A stretch of 64,000 nt of DNA, taken from Candidatus Latescibacterota bacterium (GTDB lineage Bacteria; Latescibacterota; UBA2968). Shown here in pieces: positions 56,887-64,000 of the stretch (within the stretch, counting starts at the first letter, position 1; each line of letters starts with the position of its first letter). Below the pieces are notes generated by a model. The model saw only the letters and a list, made by a program, of their open reading frames with translations. It was not told the origin of the DNA and did not search any database. Made by a program: the position numbers and the translations under genes. The stretch covers positions 4,512,001 through 4,576,000 of the forward strand of contig OZ241986.1 in assembly GCA_965204375.1 (NCBI GenBank). The letters run 5' to 3'.

Positions 56887-57016
56887 TCCGCAGAATGAAG
56901 GCGAGTAATTCGAGCATGAACGCAGATAGACACAGATAAAAGGCAAAATACAAGAGAAATGGGAAGTAGAAAGAGACGACAATCGTCATCGCGGCAGGGT
57001 GTAAGCCGCGATCCAG
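56884..57016 (+). repeat. Composite repeat block: ~60-bp element, degenerate heptamers and REP-like copy 4
   Basis: tgatccgcagaatgaaggcgagtaattcgagcatgaacgcagatagacacagat; agaaatgggaagtagaaag; cgtcatcgcggc...agccgcgatccag. Confidence 0.8.
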
Positions 57017-57052
57017 CCGCACGCGCTTGAAAACACAGAACGGAGACGGTCC

Positions 57053-57583
57053 ATGATCCATTCACACGCGCTTATTAAAGTCGCCTGCAAAATTTTCGGA
57101 TTGGTATTTTTGGTAAATGCAGCGATTATGCTTGGATTACTACCTCAGGGGCTTATGATACGCCACACCGAGTTGGAAAGCGCGATTTATGGACATTTTG
57201 CTCTGCCGCTTCTCTACTTCATCTTCGCTTATGTATTCTTGAAACATGCCGACGCAATTGCGCAAAAATTGGACCCTGTTGAACGGGAAATTGAAATTTC
57301 TCCCGACAACAACTGGCCCCAGGTGCTTTACAACGTGGGCGTTCGGCTCATCGGGGTCTATATGGTCGTCACAGGTGTGCCCAAAGTGATCAATCAGGGC
57401 ATTATCTTTCTGTTTCTTCTCCAAACTGAAACCATCTGGGAACTCTGGAACGATAACCTGTCCTCGCATATCTGGTCGGAGGGAATCGCCGCTATAATTT
57501 ATCTCGCCTTGGGAATCTATCTACTCGCAGGCGGCTCCCTCCTGTCAAAGTTACAGAATGTTATGGATCGAAATAAGGATTGA
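57053..57583 (+). CDS. Hypothetical 4-TM membrane protein
   Basis: Four hydrophobic segments in two similar halves; GGAG RBS. Confidence 0.7.
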   Translation: MIHSHALIKVACKIFGLVFLVNAAIMLGLLPQGLMIRHTELESAIYGHFALPLLYFIFAYVFLKHADAIAQKLDPVEREIEISPDNNWPQVLYNVGVRLIGVYMVVTGVPKVINQGIIFLFLLQTETIWELWNDNLSSHIWSEGIAAIIYLALGIYLLAGGSLLSKLQNVMDRNKD

Positions 57584-57605
57584 ATTTGATAGAAAGGAAA
57601 ACCAA

Positions 57606-58112
57606 ATGCCATTTTTTTTGTCAGAAAGTGAAAAGCAGGAGCGGGCCCGTAAGAAGCAGGAAGAAAAAAAGAAAAAGTTAGAAGCCCGACAGAAGGAGCA
57701 AGAAAAAAAAGAAAGTCTTAAGCGCGAGCGAGCAGAACAAAGACGATTGCAACAAGAGCGAGAGCGCAAGCGTAGGGAAGAGGAAGCATTCCGAAGAACG
57801 CCCAAAGGATTGGCTCGAACAGCGAAAGAGAAGGAAGATACAATATTCCGATATGTCGAGGAACTATCTACGACAGTTGGTAAGACTGAGGCGATGGTTG
57901 GTGCGTTTACCCATGGAATACAAACCGAAGGTACTATTGACTCATCATCCGTTGAAGATATAGAGTCCGAAGGGTGGATATTGATCAACGACAACTACAT
58001 TTTTCAAGTGACAGGATCAGTCAGTCGTGACAAATTCTTGAGCAGCGGACAACAAGAAGCCGTCAGTGGACAACTGATTGGAATTTATACGTTTCGAGCG
58101 GTTGATGAATGA
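57606..58112 (+). CDS. Hypothetical protein with charged coiled-coil N-terminus
   Basis: GAAAGGA RBS; EKR-rich helix then globular domain. Confidence 0.65.
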   Translation: MPFFLSESEKQERARKKQEEKKKKLEARQKEQEKKESLKRERAEQRRLQQERERKRREEEAFRRTPKGLARTAKEKEDTIFRYVEELSTTVGKTEAMVGAFTHGIQTEGTIDSSSVEDIESEGWILINDNYIFQVTGSVSRDKFLSSGQQEAVSGQLIGIYTFRAVDE

Positions 58113-58113
58113 T

Positions 58114-58500
58114 CTACTTCTTCTGATAAGGCGTGATGATCTCCTTTAACATGGGGAAGTGTTTTCGGTTCAACGTCACCAGTTTTGTCTGGCGGACATC
58201 CGCCGTAGCCGCAATCAGAGCATCTGCCAGACCTGTGTTATGGCTCTTCACATAATCCCGGCGATATGTACCGCCTTTAATTGCTATCTCCCGATCAACA
58301 GGTACGATCTCAAAGGCTTTCAAGAAAGTTTCTAAGGCTTCACGCTCTAATTCGTCGCGAACGCCAGAATAGAGTTCGGCTACCGCAATAGAAGAAATCA
58401 ACAATTCTTCTGGGCGATTTTCGAGATATTGTACTGCATCTGTTTGATCACGCAGATAGTCAATTACAACATCTGTATCCAATAAAAGTCGGAGAGCCAT
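58114..58500 (-). CDS. vapC: VapC PIN-domain toxin
   Basis: LLLDTDVVID, AELYSG, ADALIAATA, TLNRKHF. Confidence 0.93.
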   Translation of the reverse strand: MALRLLLDTDVVIDYLRDQTDAVQYLENRPEELLISSIAVAELYSGVRDELEREALETFLKAFEIVPVDREIAIKGGTYRRDYVKSHNTGLADALIAATADVRQTKLVTLNRKHFPMLKEIITPYQKK

Positions 58501-58503
58501 ATT

Positions 58504-58737
58504 TTACAATCTGTCCCATTCGCGCCGGAGTTCCTCTGCAGAAGGTAGATCTGTACGATCTTTCCACATTCCGCGGGCACTCTGAAGCAAGGCGCGTCGG
58601 TCTGACTGCTGAAATTGCGAAATCATAAGATGGATAGCATCGCGCAGTAACTCATCCTGGCTCTTGCCAGTCTCGCGTGCAATTGTCAAAAGACAATCAT
58701 TTTCGCGGTCTGTCAGATCAATGTGAACGATAGCCAT
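58504..58737 (-). CDS. vapB: CopG/RHH antitoxin
   Basis: ARETGKSQDELLRDAI, ARGMWKDRTD; immediately upstream of vapC. Confidence 0.87.
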   Translation of the reverse strand: MAIVHIDLTDRENDCLLTIARETGKSQDELLRDAIHLMISQFQQSDRRALLQSARGMWKDRTDLPSAEELRREWDRL

Positions 58738-58903
58738 AACATTTCCTTTTTAATCATTTTGAGGCAATATAACGCTCATAATAGCTGTCTATAATCAATG
58801 AATAGTAAAGAAAATCAACCCTTGCCTGTCAAGCCAATTCTGTCAAAGTTACAGAATCTTGTGAATCGAGATAATGACTGAATCTTATCGAAAGGACCTT
58901 CCC

Positions 58904-59875
58904 ATGCAAACAGTAAAATGGGGCATCATCGGTTGTGGTGACGTATGCGAAGTCAAAAGCGGCCCGGGATTTTACAAAGCGGATCACTCAGAACTCGTCA
59001 TCGTCATGCGCCGGGATGCTGAAAAAGCCGCGGACTTCGCCAAACGCCACGGCATATCCCAATCCACCGACAACGCCGACGAAGTCATCCACCACCCCGA
59101 CGTCAACGCCGTGTACATCGCCACACCGCCCTCCTCGCACTGCGACTACGCCCTGCGCGTCGCCGAAGCGGGCAAACCCTGTTACGTCGAAAAACCCATG
59201 GCCATGAACCACCGCGAATGCGTACAAATGGTCGAAACCTTCAAAGCCAAAAACCTCCCCCTCTTCGTCGCCTATTACCGCCGCGGACTCCCGCGCTTCA
59301 CAAAAGTCCGCGAACTCCTCCGCGAAGGCACCATAGGAACCCTCACCTCTGTACACATCGTCCAATACGGCAAACTCGACACAAACCCCAACAACTGGCG
59401 ATTCGACCCATCCATTGCCGGCGCGGGCAAATTCCTCGACCTCGCATCACACGGCATCGACATCCTCGACTTCCTCGTCAGCCCCATCACCCGCGCCAGC
59501 GGGTACGCACTCAACACAGGCGGAACGTACGAAGCCGAAGACGTAACAACCGCTGCATTTGAATTTGAAAGCGGCGTCGCTGGCACAGGCATCTGGAACT
59601 TCCACGCCGACCACGCCGACAACCGCATCACATTCACGGGATCCGAAGGCGAAATCCAAACACCCGTCTTCGCAGACACCGACATCATCCTCAAACGCAA
59701 CGGCACAGAAGAACACATCTCCGCACCCAATCCCCCACACGTCCAACAGCCCCTGATACAAACCATCGTCAACGAACTGCGCGGCGAAGGCCAATGCGTA
59801 TCCACTGGCGAAAGCGGCGCCCGTGCATCCTGGGTCATGGACCAGTGCTTGATCACCTATTACGGAGAGCGATAG
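58904..59875 (+). CDS. Gfo/Idh/MocA oxidoreductase
   Basis: WGIIGCG, VYIATPP, YVEKP, AYYRR, DLASH. Confidence 0.93.
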   Translation: MQTVKWGIIGCGDVCEVKSGPGFYKADHSELVIVMRRDAEKAADFAKRHGISQSTDNADEVIHHPDVNAVYIATPPSSHCDYALRVAEAGKPCYVEKPMAMNHRECVQMVETFKAKNLPLFVAYYRRGLPRFTKVRELLREGTIGTLTSVHIVQYGKLDTNPNNWRFDPSIAGAGKFLDLASHGIDILDFLVSPITRASGYALNTGGTYEAEDVTTAAFEFESGVAGTGIWNFHADHADNRITFTGSEGEIQTPVFADTDIILKRNGTEEHISAPNPPHVQQPLIQTIVNELRGEGQCVSTGESGARASWVMDQCLITYYGER

Positions 59876-59955
59876 ACGAATCAACGAATCAACGAATCAA
59901 CGAATCAACGGAACGGGGTACAACTGCGTCAGCAGTTCATCAACGAATAGACGAA
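59876..59955 (+). repeat. 8-mer tandem repeat (ACGAATCA)x4 plus distal units
   Basis: acgaatcaacgaatcaacgaatcaacgaatcaacg right after the stop codon. Confidence 0.85.
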
Positions 59956-59993
59956 CCCTGCCCAACCACTCAACTGCTACCAAGGAGAAAACC

Positions 59994-60941
59994 ATGAAAT
60001 CCGTACGACTTCTCAGTATCTCATTCCCCAGAGGGGGATACAAAAACGTAGAACAAAACGTAGAACACATGGTGCGCCACCTCGAAGAAACAGCCCCTTA
60101 TTGTCCCGACTTTGTATGCTTCACCGAAGTCGCCCGAGAACTCGGCTGTCCCCAGGACAGCGATGCCTGGATGGGCGAACCCATACCCGGTCCCACAACC
60201 GAAGCCATTGGCAAAGCAGCCGCGGAAATCGGCACCCACGTCATCGTGGGCATGCAAGAGCGGTGGGAAGACCAGACCTTCAACGCAGCCGTCCTCATCG
60301 GTCGAGATGGAAACGTCATGGGGCGCTACCACAAAGTGCAACCCACAGTCAACGAAATGGAACGCGGCACCCTGCCGGGCACACAGGCCAACACGTTCGC
60401 CACAGACCGCGGTCGCGTGGGCATGTGCATCTGCTTTGACCTCAAATTCCCCGAAGTTGCCATGATGCTCGCCCGCTCGGGTGCGCGCATGGTCTTCTTC
60501 CCCAGCATGTTCAACGGCGGCATGCGACACGCCGCCTGGGCGCGCGATTACGGCGTCTTCCTCATCGTAAGCCAATCTCAGGAAAGCTCCATCACCGACA
60601 TGTGCGGCCACCGCCTCGCGTGGCAAGGCTATAGTGAACCCCTCGTAGAACAGGGCAAACTCCCGCCCTTTGCATTTGCCGAAATCAACGCAGACACCAA
60701 AGCGTATCACCTCGACTTCAACCAGAACAAACTCGGCGACATACACAGCACCTATGGCGCGGGGGTCCGCATCCACATCATGCGCCCCGAAGCCACATTC
60801 GTACTCGAATCCCTCATGGAAGATATATCCGTAGAAGACATCGAAGCAGAATTTGAACTCGAAGACCTGTGGACCTATTACGACCGCTCGCGCGCCATGC
60901 GCGGCGAATATCTCACAGAACCCGTCGCAATCACACATTAA
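59994..60941 (+). CDS. Carbon-nitrogen hydrolase family protein
   Basis: Glu-Lys-Cys triad: FTE, YHK, ICFD. Confidence 0.9.
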   Translation: MKSVRLLSISFPRGGYKNVEQNVEHMVRHLEETAPYCPDFVCFTEVARELGCPQDSDAWMGEPIPGPTTEAIGKAAAEIGTHVIVGMQERWEDQTFNAAVLIGRDGNVMGRYHKVQPTVNEMERGTLPGTQANTFATDRGRVGMCICFDLKFPEVAMMLARSGARMVFFPSMFNGGMRHAAWARDYGVFLIVSQSQESSITDMCGHRLAWQGYSEPLVEQGKLPPFAFAEINADTKAYHLDFNQNKLGDIHSTYGAGVRIHIMRPEATFVLESLMEDISVEDIEAEFELEDLWTYYDRSRAMRGEYLTEPVAITH

Positions 60942-60953
60942 CAAGGAGGCTAC

Positions 60954-61532
60954 ATGCAACTCTTCGACGGCAAAACCCTCAACGGCTGGGCAGCCACTGG
61001 CAATCCCGACGGCTGGATTGTGGATCACGGCTGCCTCTTCTGCACCGCAGAACAAGGGAAATACCTGTACTACACAGAAGACCAGTTCAAAAACTTTGAA
61101 CTCTCGCTCGAATTCAAACATCCCCCCAGAACCAACAGCGGCGTCTTCTTCCGCTGGACCGATCTGGACAACCCCGTGCAAACCGGCATTGAAATCCAAA
61201 TCCTGGACACACACGGACACGAACCCGCAACCACCAAATGCTGCGGCGCAGTCTATGATTTGCAAGCCCCTACGCACAACACCTGCAAACCCGCGGGCGA
61301 ATGGAATCACATGATCCTCTACACCATGGACAACATCATCCGCGTCACCTTAAACGGCGAACAAATCACCGACATGGACCTCAACCGCTGGACCACGCCG
61401 AACCAGAACCCCGACGGCACGCGCAACAAATTCAACCGCGCATTCCGCGAAATGACCGAACCCGGGTACATCGGCCTTCAAGACCACGGCAACCAGATCT
61501 GGTTCCGCAACATAGAAATCGAAAAACTCTAA
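60954..61532 (+). CDS. DUF1080 (3-keto-disaccharide hydrolase-like) protein
   Basis: LFDGKTLNGW, NSGVF, EIQILD, GEWN, GYIGLQDHG, FRNI. Confidence 0.93.
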   Translation: MQLFDGKTLNGWAATGNPDGWIVDHGCLFCTAEQGKYLYYTEDQFKNFELSLEFKHPPRTNSGVFFRWTDLDNPVQTGIEIQILDTHGHEPATTKCCGAVYDLQAPTHNTCKPAGEWNHMILYTMDNIIRVTLNGEQITDMDLNRWTTPNQNPDGTRNKFNRAFREMTEPGYIGLQDHGNQIWFRNIEIEKL

Positions 61533-61551
61533 CACACGACGCGATAACAAA

Positions 61552-61579
61552 CAGGCGCGACCAGGCCGGTCGCGCCTAC
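61552..61579 (-). repeat. GTAG-type REP
   Basis: aggcgcgaccaggccggtcgcgcctac. Confidence 0.75.
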
Positions 61580-61587
61580 TTTCCGAT

Positions 61588-63099
61588 ATGAAGCACTACG
61601 CATACATCACGATCCTTGCCTGTCTCTTGCCGTGTACCTGCACGGCCTACGAACTTATCGGCACAGCGACATTATCTGAAACTCTCGTCGCACAGCACTA
61701 CACCATCAACCCCAGGCTCAATGCCGTCATCGTCGTCGATCGCACCATCCCGTCCTTTGAATACCAGACCTTTTACTGCGCGGGTTCCGCAGATGAAGCC
61801 GAAGGCGAACAAGGGCGGCTCCACTTTTTAGAGCATATTATGATGGGCAGAGGAAGCTATGAACCGGGCGAACTCAAACAAATTATCGCCGAGAACAGCG
61901 GGCAAAGTCACGCCGCGACGTATTATCATTTTACCCGCTTTACACTGAGATTTCCGAAGGACAAGTTCGACCTCGCCGTCGAGATAGACCGCAACATATA
62001 TTACGATACAGTAATTGATGAAGAAGTCGTGCAAAAAGAAAAAAAGATCGTACTCACAGAAAGAAGCCAAAGACTGGCACGACCAACACTCCAATCTACA
62101 AATTATTTTTACGGTTTAATCTATGGAAAGAAAAATTTTAATGGCCTTGGCACGGAGACATTTATTCGACAACTCGAACCCGTTGGTCTGAAAGATTACT
62201 ACGAAAATTTCCTGTGCGAGCAAAAAAGACTCATCGTCATTATCGGCGATGTGGATATTGACCATGTCCTCACCAAACTCGACGAGGCTTATGGCAATGA
62301 TATAACGCCGGCCAAATTGTACGCGTGGCCATCCCCCGACCGGGACGTGCTTGGAAAAAGATTAAAAAACTCTTCAAACGAGCTCCCTTTTACCATATTC
62401 AGAAAGGGCTGGTACACCCCCAATTTAGGCCATCGCGACTATGCGGGTCTGCTCATTGTAGAACGTCTATTGGAAAAGCCCTCAAATTCTCTGGGTGCTT
62501 CTCTGGTCAATTCTCGGCTCGCAAAATCTTTCAGAGTCTCAGTAGGCAGCTATAAGGGATTCGGCTTGATGACTTGCTATGCAGAACTGCCCCATAATAC
62601 ATCTCGAAATACGATCCAGGACATGATCTATGTGACATTGGAGAATCTGAAAACCATTTCTGAAGCAGAACTCAATGCCGCCCGAAACCAGAAGTTGACC
62701 ACAATGTATTCCACATTTTACAACCGATCGAGCATGGCGAATTTATTTGGTAGAGCATTTGCCCACGCCGATGATCCCCTTCTCTATCCCAAATTGATAC
62801 AAGACCTTAAATCCATCCGCACAGAAGATATTCCGCGCCTCATCGACGAATATCTGAAAGATGACAATTCGATCACCCACTCCCTCACAGAGCCAGAAAA
62901 AAAAGAACCAGCTCCGCGAAGATCCCTGCACTTTGGGCACTATACAGCTATAGTACTGACATTGATCGGAGCTCTAACCCTTTTAGGCGGTATTGTCACA
63001 CTATTTGTAAGGGGAATAAAAAAATGGCGGAGCAAGACCGAGACGATCATTTCTCCAAAGGTGATACTCAATGATGCGATTTTTAACCCCGATATTTAG
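61588..63099 (+). CDS. M16 (insulinase) family peptidase with signal peptide and C-terminal TM
   Basis: AGSADE, HFLEH (HxxEH), EKKIVLTE, IIGDVD. Confidence 0.87.
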   Translation: MKHYAYITILACLLPCTCTAYELIGTATLSETLVAQHYTINPRLNAVIVVDRTIPSFEYQTFYCAGSADEAEGEQGRLHFLEHIMMGRGSYEPGELKQIIAENSGQSHAATYYHFTRFTLRFPKDKFDLAVEIDRNIYYDTVIDEEVVQKEKKIVLTERSQRLARPTLQSTNYFYGLIYGKKNFNGLGTETFIRQLEPVGLKDYYENFLCEQKRLIVIIGDVDIDHVLTKLDEAYGNDITPAKLYAWPSPDRDVLGKRLKNSSNELPFTIFRKGWYTPNLGHRDYAGLLIVERLLEKPSNSLGASLVNSRLAKSFRVSVGSYKGFGLMTCYAELPHNTSRNTIQDMIYVTLENLKTISEAELNAARNQKLTTMYSTFYNRSSMANLFGRAFAHADDPLLYPKLIQDLKSIRTEDIPRLIDEYLKDDNSITHSLTEPEKKEPAPRRSLHFGHYTAIVLTLIGALTLLGGIVTLFVRGIKKWRSKTETIISPKVILNDAIFNPDI

Positions 63100-64000
63100 C
63101 TTTGTTCTACTTGGTACTCTATCTGCGTTTGCCGAAATCCCCAACCACCACATCTTTTATCGCATCGACAAACGCGCCCCCCTCACCAAAATTGAGATTG
63201 TCTTTCTCGGCGCGGGAACCGGTGTGGACGTCCCTTCGCAGATTGGCCGTGCACAAACAGTCTCAAAATTGATTCGGGAGACGGCAAAAAAACAGGGGCA
63301 CACGGATCAACTCGAAGCATTGGGCATCAGTCTGAGTGTCGCGACCTACACCGAATACCAGACCATCTCCATTTACGGCTTATCCGAGAACATTGGCAAA
63401 GCAATAGAAATAGTCCGCAACCTGATATATAACCTCGCGTTTTCCGAGTATGATCTGAAATATGTAAAATCACAACTCAGTGCCGATTACAAAGATAGGG
63501 TCAAAAGCGGAACCAATATCTATACACTAATGAGAAACCTGGCACTGTCACAGACCTTTGACATCCTGAAAATGCGCTCATTAAAAACGCTGAATAATCT
63601 CTCACTATATGAAATCAAACTATACGCCGATCGGCTCCTGAAGACAGACGTGGTATTCTTTAAGGTCATCTCAGACCGCGATTCCACTGAAATTGCGGAC
63701 TTACTTCGTCCCCTCACAGAAGAAAGGAAGATGCGCGGGCAGGTGGGCGGCTTTGTACATTCATTGAATTTCCCATCAAAAAATGCCAAAGGTGGTCCTG
63801 CTGCTTTTATTTTTGAGGGTTATTCACATTTAAAAAATGTATTCTGCTATTGGGTGATCCCATGCGGCCACATAGGTGAAGAAAATTATATTCCAAACCT
63901 GTTATCGGACACGCTTGGTCAATCGCCTGAGTCCAGGTTGCTCTATGAATATTTCAGAGAAGAATTGAAATTAATCTATACGACTTATGTCAGGTATCTA
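63071..64000 (+). CDS. M16 family partner subunit (partial, runs off window)
   Basis: MMRFLTPIFSFVLLGTLSAFA signal peptide then IVFLGAG...DQLEALGISLSV; lacks HxxEH; absent from ORF track because no stop in window. Confidence 0.7.
   Translation, partial: MMRFLTPIFSFVLLGTLSAFAEIPNHHIFYRIDKRAPLTKIEIVFLGAGTGVDVPSQIGRAQTVSKLIRETAKKQGHTDQLEALGISLSVATYTEYQTISIYGLSENIGKAIEIVRNLIYNLAFSEYDLKYVKSQLSADYKDRVKSGTNIYTLMRNLALSQTFDILKMRSLKTLNNLSLYEIKLYADRLLKTDVVFFKVISDRDSTEIADLLRPLTEERKMRGQVGGFVHSLNFPSKNAKGGPAAFIFEGYSHLKNVFCYWVIPCGHIGEENYIPNLLSDTLGQSPESRLLYEYFREELKLIYTTYVRYL

Noticed and set aside
1-64000. tRNA, rRNA, prophage, intact transposase or integrase
   Set aside because: None recognised by eye; tRNAscan/Infernal were not run

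Overview
A 64-kb bacterial chromosomal segment. The gene content (sulfatases, PhyH dioxygenases, GWxTD-TPR protein, TonB-dependent receptor plus DUF4249, PQQ propeller, DUF1080) resembles FCB-group/Latescibacterota-like genomes; this taxonomy is inference only. Metabolic backbone blocks (1-8.9 kb, 30.9-40.3 kb, 46.6-64 kb) are interrupted by three accessory regions. (1) A ~21-kb defence island (9.0-30.4 kb) in which a type I R-M system (hsdM, hsdS, hsdR) is split apart by cargo: Fic, AlbA_2, PLD-ATPase, TA remnants, DUF488, a 1107-aa AlbA_2 protein ending in a VapB-like tail coupled to VapC, and a HipA-like kinase with a HIRAN partner. The island ends in a four-helix-bundle gene enclosed by inverted 7-mer arrays. 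(2) A ~6-kb direct-repeat-flanked island (40.5-46.6 kb) with a tightly coupled four-gene operon: PP-loop/PAPS-reductase-like Cys-rich enzyme, SF2 helicase, MORC/GHKL ATPase (one in-frame TAA) and PLD nuclease. This is the best candidate for an undescribed DNA modification/defence system. (3) A small vapBC cassette at 57.5-58.9 kb. Recurring non-genic signals are 7-mer arrays, several REP-like families with nested micro-insertions, a 30-bp promoter-like motif, and cassettes flanked by decayed duplications of neighbouring gene ends or leaders. No integrase, intact transposase, reverse transcriptase, CRISPR array, tRNA or rRNA was recognised. All family assignments come from motif recognition by eye, not database searches.
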